Below are positions 19,945-30,712 of a stretch of 54,155 nt of DNA, one piece after another. The notes below the pieces were generated by a model that did no database searches, was not told the DNA's origin, and saw only the letters and a list, made by a program, of their open reading frames with translations. The translations under genes and the position numbers were made by a program. This DNA is from an uncultured Gammaproteobacteria bacterium (GTDB taxonomy: Bacteria > Patescibacteriota > Patescibacteriia > Patescibacteriales > UBA12465), in assembly GCA_964548885.1 (NCBI GenBank), contig CAZJSQ010000004.1, positions 1 through 54,155 on the forward strand, given 5' to 3'. Numbering within the stretch: position 1 is the first letter of the stretch; each line of letters opens with the position of its first letter.

Positions 19945-20018
19945 GTTAGCGATTATAGAATATAATCATCAAGCTAAGTTAAACGATACTAACGATACTA
20001 AAAGCTTATTTAATCAAA

Positions 20019-21284
20019 TTAAAATTTCAAAATACTTTTGAACTTGTCAGCTCCAGCCCGGCCGATCAAAGCCAGATTCAAACCGCTGTCCTTAAATATC
20101 TTTTTGGCCACGGCGCGCAACTCGCTCGCCGTCACCTTATTTATCTTCTTCAGAAATTCTCCCGGCGTCATTATTTTTCGGCGCAAAACCGCCTGGCGCG
20201 CGTACCAAGTCGCGAGATTATCGGTCGCTTCCATTTGTAACAACAATTTGCCTTGCAATAAGTCCTTGGCGCGTTTCAGCTCCGACGCGCCGACAAGTTC
20301 CGTCGTCAGATTTTTATATTCTTTCAAAATAATCTTAATCGCCGCTTCCGTTTTCGCGATCGGTACGCCGGCTTGCGTCGTCAGATAACCGGAATCGGAA
20401 TATGTCTCATTTATAGTCCGAACATAATAAGCCAAACCGTGGCGTTCGCGCAGACTGATGAATAAACGCGAGCTCATCGAGCCGCCGAGAATTATGGACA
20501 ATAGCTTGATCTTGAACTCATCCGGATGCCCGATTGGATAGGCGCGGACGCCCAAAGACATATTTATTTGATCGGTTTTTTTATAAACGACCCGCGTCTG
20601 CGGCGTTTTCTGGGTCTCTCGGACCGCCGGCTTGTTCCGCCACTTGTTTGCTTTAAATTCAGAAAACATCGCCGCGGCCGCTTTTTTCGCTTCCTCTTTT
20701 ATTCCGCCGACTAAAATAATATACGTCGATTTAGAACCGTATTGCGTTTTTAAATATTTAATAAAATCGGCGCGCTGGAAACCAGAAATGTTTTTCTTGG
20801 TGCCGATAGTTTCCCAACCGGCCGGAGTATCGCCGTAAAGACAGGATTCAAAAACGTCTTCCACGTGCATCATCGGATTGTCCTCATACATATTCAATTC
20901 TTCGATGATAACGCCTTTTTCTCTCTCGATCTCCGCCGTTTCGATCTTAGAATTCAAAAGCATGTCGCTTATAATATCAAGAGCCGCCGGCAATTTTGAC
21001 GCCGCTACCTTGACCCAGTAACCGGTAAATTCTTTGGCCGTAAAAGCATTATATTCTCCGCCGAGGGAATCCAGTTCGCTGGCCAGCGCTAAAGTGTTCG
21101 GGCGCTTAACCGTTCCCTTAAAAAACATGTGCTCCAAAAAGTGAGACAAGCCGTTACTCTCGGCGGTTTCATACTTAGAACCGGCCTTGATTATGATTAA
21201 AGCGGTCACGGTCGGCGCTCCTTTTATCGGTACCGTAATCAACGGCATCTTATTTGACAAAATATTGACTTTATATCTATTCAT
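20019..21284 (-). CDS. M16 (pitrilysin-family) zinc peptidase
   Basis: Inverted zinc motif HFLEH, NAFT, E..VIIEE, SSRLF..LRE..GLAY. Start adjusted to 21284. Confidence 0.95.
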   Translation of the reverse strand: MNRYKVNILSNKMPLITVPIKGAPTVTALIIIKAGSKYETAESNGLSHFLEHMFFKGTVKRPNTLALASELDSLGGEYNAFTAKEFTGYWVKVAASKLPAALDIISDMLLNSKIETAEIEREKGVIIEELNMYEDNPMMHVEDVFESCLYGDTPAGWETIGTKKNISGFQRADFIKYLKTQYGSKSTYIILVGGIKEEAKKAAAAMFSEFKANKWRNKPAVRETQKTPQTRVVYKKTDQINMSLGVRAYPIGHPDEFKIKLLSIILGGSMSSRLFISLRERHGLAYYVRTINETYSDSGYLTTQAGVPIAKTEAAIKIILKEYKNLTTELVGASELKRAKDLLQGKLLLQMEATDNLATWYARQAVLRRKIMTPGEFLKKINKVTASELRAVAKKIFKDSGLNLALIGRAGADKFKSILKF

Positions 21285-21396
21285 ATAATTATTCGGCATT
21301 TTAAATGCCAGATCGTTCTCATGTTTTAAATTTACCACATCTTTGATATAATTCAAAGTAAGGAAATCTGCCAATCATCATTAATTTAGGAAAAAT

Positions 21397-22113
21397 ATGC
21401 CTTATAAAATAAGCGACCGGAATTTCGTCCTGAACCATAGCAAACAATATAAGATTCTTCGCGTCAAGGACATGCTTGATGAAGAAAAACCGCGCGAAAA
21501 AATGGTTAAAGACGGGGCCGGATCGCTTAGCTCCGCCGAACTTTTAGCTATCGTTCTGGGCGTGGGCACGAAAAAAGAAGAAGTATATTCTATGTCCAGC
21601 CGTTTGCTGAGAGAATACGGGGAAAAAGGCATCGCCTACCAGAAAGACCCGAGCGTTATTGAACGAGATTTAAAAATTCCTTTGGTAAAGGCCTGCCAAA
21701 TAGTCGCCTGTTTTGAGCTTGGCCGCCGTTTTTACCAGAAAAAACCCGGAGGATCAATCACCGTCAGGACCGCCAAGCAAGCTTTTGAATACTTAAAAGA
21801 TATGGGCAGCCTTAATAAGGAGCAATTCCGCGGCCTCTATCTTAATACGCATTATCAGCTCATCCATGACGAAGTCATTTCCATCGGTACCTTAGATTCT
21901 TCCTTGGTTCAAGCGCGTGAAGTCTTCCGTCCGGCCCTGGAATATTCCGCCGCCGCCCTTATCATCGCCCATAACCATCCTTCCGGAATGATTAAAGCGA
22001 CTAAGGCCGACATCGAAATAACCAACAAGCTGATCGAAGCCGGAAATATCCTGGATATTGAAGTTTTAGATCATCTCATTATCGGTAAAAATAAATTCGC
22101 CAGTATTATTTAA
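21397..22113 (+). CDS. radC: RadC/JAB-domain protein
   Basis: KPREK....G...LS.AELLAI.LG.G, KACQI.A.FEL, E.FR, HNHPSG, LDHLII. Confidence 0.93.
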   Translation: MPYKISDRNFVLNHSKQYKILRVKDMLDEEKPREKMVKDGAGSLSSAELLAIVLGVGTKKEEVYSMSSRLLREYGEKGIAYQKDPSVIERDLKIPLVKACQIVACFELGRRFYQKKPGGSITVRTAKQAFEYLKDMGSLNKEQFRGLYLNTHYQLIHDEVISIGTLDSSLVQAREVFRPALEYSAAALIIAHNHPSGMIKATKADIEITNKLIEAGNILDIEVLDHLIIGKNKFASII

Positions 22114-22116
22114 TTC

Positions 22117-22416
22117 ATGCCTAAAAAATACCAACTAACTCCAATTATACATTCGCTAAAAGACGAAGCGAGCGTCAAATTCCATATTAAAAGCGCTGAT
22201 TATTTCGGTACCATCGCGACCGTTTTGGATTTGCTGAAACAGCGGATTAAAAAAGACGGTCGCGCTGACGCCGCCGTCTTAAATAAAACTCTGAAAAATC
22301 TGACCGCTGATTTGCTGTTTCTGCAAAAGAATTATGAAATAAAACACCGTCCTCAAATCAGCCCGAGAATTAGGAATAAGAATAATAAACCGAAAGGCAG
22401 GCTCAAGAGCCAATGA
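22117..22416 (+). CDS. Small hypothetical helical protein coupled to radC
   Basis: Starts 3 nt after the radC stop; plausible amphipathic sequence (FHIKSADYFGTIATVLDLL...DLLFLQKNY); 3' end overlaps the convergent gene. Confidence 0.7.
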   Translation: MPKKYQLTPIIHSLKDEASVKFHIKSADYFGTIATVLDLLKQRIKKDGRADAAVLNKTLKNLTADLLFLQKNYEIKHRPQISPRIRNKNNKPKGRLKSQ

Positions 22417-23654
22417 TCCAGCAACATGATAACGATTAACGCCGTTAAAATCGCTCCCGAATATACCGCGCGGCGATTTTTTTTAACCATCATTACGAGG
22501 AAGGCGCCGAATAAAAACAAGGCAAAAATTCCGCTTTCCGCCCACAGAAGCAAGAAAAAATTATGAACCGGCTGATAATCCCAAACCGCTTTCTTATAAT
22601 TATCTGTCTGCCTTAAAAATAAAGAATAATTGCCGACGCCGACGCCCGTTAAGTAATGACCCTTGATCAAGCCCTTCGCTTGTCCTAAATAATCACGACG
22701 CTCGCTCACCGATTTCTGCTCCAGGCGCGTCTCGCCTTGGAGGCGAACCTGAAGCAACGACTGATAGGGGTAAGCGATAATAAAAAGCATGACACCGGAA
22801 AAGAAGATCAGCGCCAAATAACGGCCGATAACCCAGCGGTCTTTTTGTCTTATCAGGCTTATTAAGAGGACGGTCAGACCGACGGCATAAGCGATCCAGG
22901 CGGTTCTCGAAAATGTAAAAAATAAGGCGAAGAGAGAGACAAAATAAAAAATAAATAAGAAGATGGATTCGCCGATTTCCTGCTTCGTCCGAATTATCTT
23001 CTTTTTCGCTAAAAGATAAGCGGTTAGAAGCAAAGCGATCGCCAAAACCCCGCCAAAAATATTGGGATGATCCATCCCGCCATAGACTCTCAACCAGCGG
23101 CCGGAGGCGGTCTCAATTACCGCCGTCCCCAGCGTTTCCGGATTATGAGCGGCCAGCCCCAGATATTTAGAAACGAAAGAACTCTGGCTTAAAAATTGAT
23201 AAATGCCGAGTACCGCTTGAAAAAATAAGCTGGTTAAAAAAACATAAATTATTTTTATTCGATCGAGACATTTATCCTCATAGCCGAAGCTCTCCGTCCC
23301 TTCTCTAAGCAGATAAAAAACTCCGACCCCCATCAAGAACAGGAGATAATGATAAAAAGCCAAAACTTTGTCGGGGGCGACAAAAAAGGATATAAGAACC
23401 GCTATTTCCAAACCGGCCAAAGCCCACCAGAGCCAAGAAATGGCGCCGCCCTCTTCCGGACGCTTGAGCTTATAAATAAAAAAGACGATCAAAATCACCA
23501 GTAATAATAAATGGCTGACATAAAGGCTGATCTCATTGAAATTAATGTCGGCCGGCCGTAAAATCAATTTAGTCTGCCAAGGAAAAAGAAGAACAAAAAC
23601 ATAAAAAGAATATTCAATTGTCTTCTTTAAGAATTTCGTTAATTTTGTTTCCAT
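22353..23654 (-). CDS. O-antigen ligase / O-oligosaccharyltransferase (Wzy_C) family membrane protein
   Basis: About 12 TM segments; R.YG...HPN..GG, TFSRTAW, GVG.GNY, HNFFL..WAE.G. Confidence 0.88.
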   Translation of the reverse strand: METKLTKFLKKTIEYSFYVFVLLFPWQTKLILRPADINFNEISLYVSHLLLLVILIVFFIYKLKRPEEGGAISWLWWALAGLEIAVLISFFVAPDKVLAFYHYLLFLMGVGVFYLLREGTESFGYEDKCLDRIKIIYVFLTSLFFQAVLGIYQFLSQSSFVSKYLGLAAHNPETLGTAVIETASGRWLRVYGGMDHPNIFGGVLAIALLLTAYLLAKKKIIRTKQEIGESIFLFIFYFVSLFALFFTFSRTAWIAYAVGLTVLLISLIRQKDRWVIGRYLALIFFSGVMLFIIAYPYQSLLQVRLQGETRLEQKSVSERRDYLGQAKGLIKGHYLTGVGVGNYSLFLRQTDNYKKAVWDYQPVHNFFLLLWAESGIFALFLFGAFLVMMVKKNRRAVYSGAILTALIVIMLLDHWLLSLPFGLLFLFLILGLI

Positions 23655-24516
23655 ATTTTTCCGCGTATTCCCGGCGCCGATCGCGCTGGTATAATTTTAA
23701 GATTGAATCATTAATGACGACGCCGTCGGAATTATTCATGTTTGCCTTTAATCCGGACGGCAGGATGGCTAATTGGAATTTCTTGGCCAAAATTTCCAAT
23801 TTATCCAAGAAAATATTATGTCCGAGGGATGTGGGCGCCTCGACGGTCATTGAATCGGAAGACAACCCGTTAGCTTCTAAGAATTGTTCGTAAGTCTTGT
23901 CCTTATTATACAATAAAACCAGAGACCGACGCCAATAATCAAAATAGGGGTCTTCTCCCTGAAGGCGTAAATCATCCAGACAGAGGCGGTCGGCGCCGAC
24001 ATAAAAGCTTAAACAGATCTTATCCTTCTTGCCGGTCGCGTTCGGGCGGCGATTTAGGAGCTTAGCCAGTCCGGTGCAGTATAAGCGCGTGAGCCAGACG
24101 CGGCGCGGCGCGCTGATAATAAAAAAATCGATATCGCTCTCGGCGCGTAAATTATACTGGCCGAGCGAATTGGCCAGCGCGATCATTTTAACGTAGGGCA
24201 GAAGTGAAAAAACGCGCGCGAACCGGCGGGCAATCTTTATTTTCTCGGCGCCGTAATTATGGCGCTTCTGTCTTATCCCTATAATTTCTTCGCGGCCGGC
24301 TAAAAAATAAAAGCCGCTTCTCTGACTAAGAGCCGCGGCGGGTTTTAATATTTCCTTATCTAAAAAATCTAAAATCTCGGCCAAGCCCCATTTTTTATCA
24401 AGCTTCATCCAGATTTCATAAGCGGTCAAAGGATGATCGAACAAATCAAAAAAGACAAGCACCTTGATAATCGCCTCTTTTAATCGACGCTCTTGTTTAA
24501 TTTCAAATTCCGACAT
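23614..24516 (-). CDS. Pol-beta-like nucleotidyltransferase-domain protein
   Basis: ALANSL......ESDIDFFII resembles the hG[GS]...DxD NTase motif. Start adjusted to the ATG at 24516. Confidence 0.65.
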   Translation of the reverse strand: MSEFEIKQERRLKEAIIKVLVFFDLFDHPLTAYEIWMKLDKKWGLAEILDFLDKEILKPAAALSQRSGFYFLAGREEIIGIRQKRHNYGAEKIKIARRFARVFSLLPYVKMIALANSLGQYNLRAESDIDFFIISAPRRVWLTRLYCTGLAKLLNRRPNATGKKDKICLSFYVGADRLCLDDLRLQGEDPYFDYWRRSLVLLYNKDKTYEQFLEANGLSSDSMTVEAPTSLGHNIFLDKLEILAKKFQLAILPSGLKANMNNSDGVVINDSILKLYQRDRRREYAEKYGNKINEILKEDN

Positions 24517-24520
24517 GTGA

Positions 24521-25648
24521 TCAACTCTGTTTCGGACGCTCAATCGTTAAAACTTCGATTTCGCTTTTGCCGCCGGTAATTTTCATCACATCCTTATCTA
24601 TTTTTTTGAATTCTCCGGCCGCGTTATTATAATGATTAACCGTCGTTGATAAGCTTAATCCCAGTTTTTTGATAAATTCATCATAACCGGCCATATGCTT
24701 GCCCAACTTTTCAATATTGGCCCGTATCTCCAGCGCTTTTTCCTCTATTTGCATCGCTTTCAGACCCTGGAGAACCGTCTGCAGATAAGCCAGAAAGGAA
24801 GTCGGAGAAACAATAATTACTTTCTTGTCGCGAAAAGCGTATTCAATCAGGTCGCGCGTATTGGTCTTAACCGCGCCGACTTTATTGACGAGCAGATCAT
24901 AATAAATCGCTTCCGAGGGAATAAACATAAAAGCGAATTCCAGGGTTTTTCGTTCCGGCAGAACATATTTGGCGGTTTCATCAATCCGGTTCTTGAGGTC
25001 TTTCTTGAACTCTTGCTCTAATTTTTCCCGGGTCTCCGCGTCAGTCGCGTTTAAAATCCGCTCATAATTTTCCAGAGAAAATTTCGCGTCAACCGGAATT
25101 ATTTTATCTTTAACGAAAACGACTGCGTCGACGATTAAATCTTTTCCGGTTTTTTCGTCCTTACCCATCTTATACTGCATTTCATAAGAACCCGGCGGCA
25201 AGACGTTCCTCAAAGTCTCTTCTAAAAAATACTCGCCTAAAACGCCGCGCTGTTTCGGGTTCTTGAGAATATCCTGCAAACTCTGAAGTTGGGAAGAAAA
25301 ATTAACAACCTGCTTATTTGTCTCGTCCAGTTTAGTCAGCTTCTCGGTCACATCGGCAATCAGACGCGCCGATTGGGCATTGATATTCTGGACTATCTTG
25401 ACGGTCTGGCCGAATTGATCTTGGTTGCTGCGGTGCGTTTCTGATAATTTCCGATCCAATTCGCCGCGCATTTCACCGTTCTGTTGGGACAGTTGCGCCA
25501 ATTTTTCCGATTGCTGGATTAAACGTTCCGCCAGGGCGTCTAATTTTCCGCCATCCGTGCCGTCTTTTTTCTTTAAAAGCAAAGAAATCACGGCCGCGAC
25601 GCCGATTATCAGGATTATTAAAAAAAAGACGATTAAATAATTATTCAT
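24521..25648 (-). CDS. rmuC: DNA recombination protein RmuC
   Basis: N-terminal TM and coiled coil; KQRGVLGE..LE, DAKF, FMFIPSEAIY, SPTSF.AYL. Confidence 0.93.
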   Translation of the reverse strand: MNNYLIVFFLIILIIGVAAVISLLLKKKDGTDGGKLDALAERLIQQSEKLAQLSQQNGEMRGELDRKLSETHRSNQDQFGQTVKIVQNINAQSARLIADVTEKLTKLDETNKQVVNFSSQLQSLQDILKNPKQRGVLGEYFLEETLRNVLPPGSYEMQYKMGKDEKTGKDLIVDAVVFVKDKIIPVDAKFSLENYERILNATDAETREKLEQEFKKDLKNRIDETAKYVLPERKTLEFAFMFIPSEAIYYDLLVNKVGAVKTNTRDLIEYAFRDKKVIIVSPTSFLAYLQTVLQGLKAMQIEEKALEIRANIEKLGKHMAGYDEFIKKLGLSLSTTVNHYNNAAGEFKKIDKDVMKITGGKSEIEVLTIERPKQS

Positions 25649-25699
25649 ATATTTGAATTATAGCCCAATCCCCGACTTTTTTAAAGTTGACAAGACTAA

Positions 25700-25730
25700 A
25701 TAAAAATCGGACATAAAAACCGATTTTTAT
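25700..25730 (-). terminator. Probable terminator after gyrA
   Basis: Inverted repeat ataaaaatcgg/ccgatttttat. Confidence 0.6.
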
Positions 25731-25766
25731 ATATCAAACATTTATTTTAATCTCAATTTCTTCGAC

Positions 25767-28292
25767 CTAGACCCAAGTAACCCCGGCGACTTTATCATTA
25801 TTTTCCTTAAATCTCATTATCTTGACGCCTTGCGTATCGCGGCCAAGCACGCTGACTGATTTGAACGGCGTACGGATAACTTGGCCCTGGTCGGAAATAA
25901 TAATCAAATCACGGCCTTCCATCGCCTCGGCGTTAACTAAGAAGGCGTTGGTGATATCACCGGTCTTGTCGGTAACTTTCGCGGTCTTGATGCCGCTGCC
26001 GCCTCGGCCCTGAACCTTATAAGCGGAAAAATCCGTACGCTTGCCGAAACCATGCGCCATGATAGTTAAAATTTGATAATTGCGTTTTCTTTCCTTATCG
26101 GTTTTGGCAATACCGACACCGATAAGAGCGTCGGCTTTATGCAATCTGATGCCATGGACGCCGGCGGCGCCGCGGCCCATCCCGCGGACATCAGTCTCTT
26201 TGAAACGGATGGCCTGTCCTTTAGCGGTAATCAGTTGGATATGATCAGAGCCGGAAGTCGGTTTGACCCAAATTAATTTATCATCTTCCTTTATCTTGAT
26301 GGCGATCAGACCGCTGCGACGAACATTGCTGAAAGCGCCGAGTTCCACTTTCTTGACGAGCCCTTGCGCGGTCGCGAAAAATAAATACTTGCTGAAAACC
26401 GCTTTATCCAAAGGCAGGATAGAAGAAATCTGCTCGCCGCCGATAAGCTGCAAGAAATTAACGACCGGAGTGCCTTTGGCGATCCGGGAAGCCTGCGGAA
26501 TCTCATAAACTTTAAGCTGGAAGACGCGGCCCTTGGTCGTAAAGAATAAGACGTCGTTATGAGTCTGGGAAGTGAACATAAAATCCACCGTATCTTCTTC
26601 TTTGGTCGTGAGCCCCATGACGCCTTTGCCGCCTCGGGCCTGAACCTTGAAAGTATCCGGCTCCAGGCGCTTAATATAGCCGTCGCGCGTCATCATCACG
26701 ACTGTTTCTTCGTTCGGCACCAGATCCTCCATGCTGAATTCCTTGACGCCATGAACGACGACTGCTGTCCGGCGTTCATCGCCATATTTATCGGCGAGCT
26801 CTTTTAGTTCATCTCTGACAATCGCCCGGATTTTGGCGACCGATCCCAAAATCGTTTCCAACTCCTTGATTAATTTCATTTTCTCTTTCCATTCTTCCTC
26901 GACTCTTAACTGTTCCAGGTTCGCTAAATTCTGCAGACGCATTTCTAAAATAGCCACGGTCTGTCTTTCGGAAAGTTTGAACTTCTTGATTAAATTAAGT
27001 TTGGCGACCTCTTTGTCTTTAGACGCCTTGATAATCTTAATGATTTCATCGATATGCTTTAAGGCAATCATCAAGCCTTCTAAGATATGGGCGCGATCCT
27101 TGGCTTTATTTAAATCAAATAAAGTCCGGCGGCGAACCACTTCTTGACGGTGCTTGATATATTCTTCCAGAATCATTTTCAAAGTCAGGACTTTCGGCTG
27201 AATGCCGTCAATGAGAGCTAACATATTAAGATGGAAAGTCGTCTGGAGAGATGTATGCTTATATAAACTGTTTAAAATCTTCTTCGGATAGGAATCTCTC
27301 TTAAGCTCAATCACGATGCGGACGCCGTCCTTATCCGACTCGTCGCGCAGACCCTTAATCCCTTCAATTTTCTTTTCTCTGACCAAATCGGCAATCTTCT
27401 CGACCAAATCGGCTTTATTGACCTGATAAGGAATTTCGGAAACGATAATACGGAAGCCGCCGCCCTTCTCCTCCTCGATCTCCGCCTTGCCGCGGACGAC
27501 AACGCCGCCCTTACCGGTCGCGTAAGCGGCCAGGATTTCTTTCTTATCATAAATAATTCCGCCGGTCGGAAAGTCCGGACCTTTGACAAATTGCATCAAA
27601 TCTTCAACGCTCGCCTCGGGATTAGTAATCAGATGATCAATCGCATCCGCCAATTCCTTTAAGTTATGAGGCGGAATATTCGTGGACATGCCGACCGCGA
27701 TACCCATCGTGCCGTTTAAAAGCAAGTTCGGCAATTTAGAGGGCAAAAGGCGCGGTTCTTTATGGCTGCCGTCGTAATTCGGAATAAAATCAACCGTATC
27801 TTTGTCAATATCAAAAAGCATTTCTTCGGCCACCGCGGATAATTTCGCTTCCGTATATCGCATGGCCGCCGCGTTGTCTCCGTCCATGGAACCAAAATTA
27901 CCCTGTCCTTTGACGAGCGGATAACGCATGGAAAAATCCTGAGCCATTCTGACCATAGATTCATAAACGGCGCTGTCGCCATGCGGATGATACTTACCCA
28001 AAACTTCACCGACGACAGTCGCGGATTTTCTGAATTTGGCGTTGGCCTTTAGCCCGACACTCCACATCGCGTACAAAATACGGCGATGAACCGGTTTTAA
28101 ACCGTCACGGACATCGGGTAAAGCGCGCGAAACAATAACACTCATCGCGTATTCAAGGTATGATCGACCCATTTCTTCTACTATCGGCTGTTCTTCAACG
28201 ATACCGTATTCGGTTTTCTTGCGCAGATTAGCGATAGCCTCTGTCGGCTCTTCTTTAGTATTCTGGATTTTTTCTTTGGCGATTTTAGGCAT
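25767..28292 (-). CDS. gyrA: DNA gyrase subunit A
   Basis: [29 protein letters not shown] (catalytic Tyr), GyrA-box QARGGKG. Confidence 0.98.
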   Translation of the reverse strand: MPKIAKEKIQNTKEEPTEAIANLRKKTEYGIVEEQPIVEEMGRSYLEYAMSVIVSRALPDVRDGLKPVHRRILYAMWSVGLKANAKFRKSATVVGEVLGKYHPHGDSAVYESMVRMAQDFSMRYPLVKGQGNFGSMDGDNAAAMRYTEAKLSAVAEEMLFDIDKDTVDFIPNYDGSHKEPRLLPSKLPNLLLNGTMGIAVGMSTNIPPHNLKELADAIDHLITNPEASVEDLMQFVKGPDFPTGGIIYDKKEILAAYATGKGGVVVRGKAEIEEEKGGGFRIIVSEIPYQVNKADLVEKIADLVREKKIEGIKGLRDESDKDGVRIVIELKRDSYPKKILNSLYKHTSLQTTFHLNMLALIDGIQPKVLTLKMILEEYIKHRQEVVRRRTLFDLNKAKDRAHILEGLMIALKHIDEIIKIIKASKDKEVAKLNLIKKFKLSERQTVAILEMRLQNLANLEQLRVEEEWKEKMKLIKELETILGSVAKIRAIVRDELKELADKYGDERRTAVVVHGVKEFSMEDLVPNEETVVMMTRDGYIKRLEPDTFKVQARGGKGVMGLTTKEEDTVDFMFTSQTHNDVLFFTTKGRVFQLKVYEIPQASRIAKGTPVVNFLQLIGGEQISSILPLDKAVFSKYLFFATAQGLVKKVELGAFSNVRRSGLIAIKIKEDDKLIWVKPTSGSDHIQLITAKGQAIRFKETDVRGMGRGAAGVHGIRLHKADALIGVGIAKTDKERKRNYQILTIMAHGFGKRTDFSAYKVQGRGGSGIKTAKVTDKTGDITNAFLVNAEAMEGRDLIIISDQGQVIRTPFKSVSVLGRDTQGVKIMRFKENNDKVAGVTWV

Positions 28293-28302
28293 AAAGAAAA
28301 AG

Positions 28303-28809
28303 TTAGTAAGCGATTAAGGTTATCCCTTCGCAACCGGACGGTATGACGCAAGGTCTGGTCGCGCCGATGGTTGGCATACAATCTATATATTGCGGACAAT
28401 TAGCGGCTGGCTTGGTCGAAGAGGCAATTCTTCCGGCATTGGGCGTTGACGTAGCCGAAAAAATCGGCGACGAGGTCGCAACGACAGCGGAAGAAGTCGC
28501 GATTAGCGCCGATGAAGAAGCCTTCTTAGTCGCTTCTTCTAATAATCCGGATAAGAATTCATCGCCGGCTTTCTTCTCCGCGGCCGCCTTATCTCCCTTT
28601 ATCTTATTAAGCTTAATTTGAGCCTCGTCTAGGGTCTTCCCCAAATCATTCTTAAGACTCGACCAGGCGGTGCTGGAAGCTTGATTATTATTTCGGCTAT
28701 CTTGCCAGACATTCTTCAAATTAAACCCCCAGAGAATCAAAATAATAAAAGCGACGCTGCCGATGATGACGCGCATCATGAATACTTTTTTCTTCTCGTC
28801 TTCATTCAT
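28303..28809 (-). CDS. Membrane-anchored hypothetical protein with Ser/Thr/Ala linker and C-terminal 4-Cys microdomain
   Basis: N-terminal TM, coiled region, ATSS repeats, C-terminal CPQYIDCMP...[15 protein letters not shown]. Confidence 0.8.
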   Translation of the reverse strand: MNEDEKKKVFMMRVIIGSVAFIILILWGFNLKNVWQDSRNNNQASSTAWSSLKNDLGKTLDEAQIKLNKIKGDKAAAEKKAGDEFLSGLLEEATKKASSSALIATSSAVVATSSPIFSATSTPNAGRIASSTKPAANCPQYIDCMPTIGATRPCVIPSGCEGITLIAY

Positions 28810-28847
28810 AATTATTTTTTATTTGTTCCGGCCGCTCTTCTTCTCAA

Positions 28848-29930
28848 CTATTTTTTAATTAAAATGGCGTAAAGCTGTTTAATCAGAGAGATAACGACCG
28901 CCGGAGCCATCAGACTGTAGGAGTCTATCCCTTCATCGTCTTTAACTACGTAGGGTCCCTCGATAGTCTTAACTTTATCTCCCTCCAGTTGGTAACTGTA
29001 AGCCGGCGTCATTTCGTAATCGTCGATTAATTCGAGGGCGGCGCTTACCGGGATGGAGTTTCTCAACATTATTTTCGGGACGCCGTGGAGAGAAAAGGTT
29101 TTTCTAATCAGGACATCGTCCAATTCTAAACGTTCCCGAATCGCTTCAATCCCTAAGCTGTCCCCTTCTTTGGCTACCATCCGCGCTTTGTTACAACTCG
29201 GATTATCGCACATCAGATAAAATTCTTTCTTGGCTTGATCATAACCGACTTCCAGAGTGGCCAATAATTTCAGATTGCGCGGCGTCTGGCAAATCGGACA
29301 AACTACCCGCGCCCTCATGCGCTCGTCCAAAACATTTTCCGGTATATCAATCGCGATAAAAACATCCGGGTCCTGGCGATAATCAATCAAATTTCGGAAA
29401 TACAGAGCGTAAGAAATCTGATCCAAGGTCCGAGGAAAACCGTCGATAAAAATAATTTTTTTAGGAGACAGATCAATTTCCCTTTTAACTAAGGTCAGGA
29501 TAAACTCATTCGACAGAAGAGAGGCGGTATCCCGACTGAGAAAAGCGGCGATAGCTTCATCGATGGAAATATAGCCGCGGTAATGGGCGGCAAAATACTT
29601 TAACAATTCTTCTTTCTTGACCGGATCATTTAAATCAGCGGTTAAACGACGAACGATATCGCCGACGGAAACATGACTGATTTTATCGGCGCCGAAAATT
29701 TCCATCATCAGCTTAGAATAAGTGCCTTTGCCGGAATTTTTCTTGCCTAACCAATAGGCGATGAAAGTATCGGTTTTAAAATGCTCTCTTAAGGCCGTAA
29801 TTTCGCGACCGACTTTGGCTTCAAAATATTCGCGACGATCGGCGGGGTTCATAAGATTAAACTTCTTCGTCAAGCTTTCCGCCTTGGTCCGATACAAAGA
29901 CAAGGGAAAGTCATTTCTGGGGTGTGACAT
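28848..29930 (-). CDS. Adenylate-kinase-like nucleoside monophosphate kinase (extended)
   Basis: P-loop GKKNSGKGT, HVSVGD.VR, IDGFPR..DQ, LID with CPIC...CDNPSC. Confidence 0.75.
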   Translation of the reverse strand: MSHPRNDFPLSLYRTKAESLTKKFNLMNPADRREYFEAKVGREITALREHFKTDTFIAYWLGKKNSGKGTYSKLMMEIFGADKISHVSVGDIVRRLTADLNDPVKKEELLKYFAAHYRGYISIDEAIAAFLSRDTASLLSNEFILTLVKREIDLSPKKIIFIDGFPRTLDQISYALYFRNLIDYRQDPDVFIAIDIPENVLDERMRARVVCPICQTPRNLKLLATLEVGYDQAKKEFYLMCDNPSCNKARMVAKEGDSLGIEAIRERLELDDVLIRKTFSLHGVPKIMLRNSIPVSAALELIDDYEMTPAYSYQLEGDKVKTIEGPYVVKDDEGIDSYSLMAPAVVISLIKQLYAILIKK

Positions 29931-29953
29931 AATCATGATAAAAATTAATTGAA

Positions 29954-30607
29954 TTAAATACTCAAAATAACCAGTTCCATATCTTCCGGCGGCAGATCTT
30001 TCTTGGAAATTTTCAATTTTTCTTCGTAGGTCGGCGTCAAACCGATCTCTTTAATGAATTTTTCTATCCCGTCAATATCTAATTGTTCATTTTTAGAATC
30101 CTTGGTTTTATAATGCATCGGGATAACAATGCGCGGTTCAATCTGAGAAATTACTTCCACCGCTTTTTTCGCATCCAAGGTATATTTGCCGCCGACCGGA
30201 ATCAGTAAAATATCAGTACCGGCTAATTTTTCTATCTGCGCGTCGCTGAGCACATGCCCTAAATCACCGAGATGAGTTACGGAAACATCATCAATTTCTA
30301 TGCGATAAATAATATTACCGCCGCGCTCGGCGCCTTCTTTCTCGTCATGATAAGAATCAATCCCTTCAATTAAGACGCCTTTAAAATCATATTCACCGGC
30401 GCAATCAATGATAAAAGGAGCGCCGCGTAAGGCGTCGGTATTATTATGATCAGAATGCTGATGCGAAACCGTCACGATGTCCGCTTCAAAATTAGGAACC
30501 TTCAATCCCACTTCTTTATGGAACGGATCAGTCACGACGGTCACGCCTTCGGGTCCGATCTTATCTTGAATCTTAAAACAGGAATGTCCTTGCCAGGTAA
30601 TAATCAT
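29954..30607 (-). CDS. MBL-fold metallo-hydrolase (Lactamase_B_3-like)
   Basis: WQGHSCF, DP, SHQHSDH, HLGDLG, IPMHY. Start adjusted to 30607. Confidence 0.9.
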   Translation of the reverse strand: MIITWQGHSCFKIQDKIGPEGVTVVTDPFHKEVGLKVPNFEADIVTVSHQHSDHNNTDALRGAPFIIDCAGEYDFKGVLIEGIDSYHDEKEGAERGGNIIYRIEIDDVSVTHLGDLGHVLSDAQIEKLAGTDILLIPVGGKYTLDAKKAVEVISQIEPRIVIPMHYKTKDSKNEQLDIDGIEKFIKEIGLTPTYEEKLKISKKDLPPEDMELVILSI

Positions 30608-30712
30608 ATAAGTAATCAATAAAAATAGGCTATGAAACCTTATCTTTATTATAACAAACCAAATCCCCTCGGTCAACCGCGTCTCCTTGACTTTTTTGGT
30701 TATTATTAAGCA

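Noticed and set aside
19982-19999. aacgatact x2 tandem repeat
   Set aside because: Only two short copies in an intergenic region, with no supporting context.
15710-21396. Shared SOS-like box upstream of ruvB, uvrD-like and radC (ctgccaat seen twice)
   Set aside because: It is short and non-palindromic, and was not seen upstream of uvrA or rmuC.
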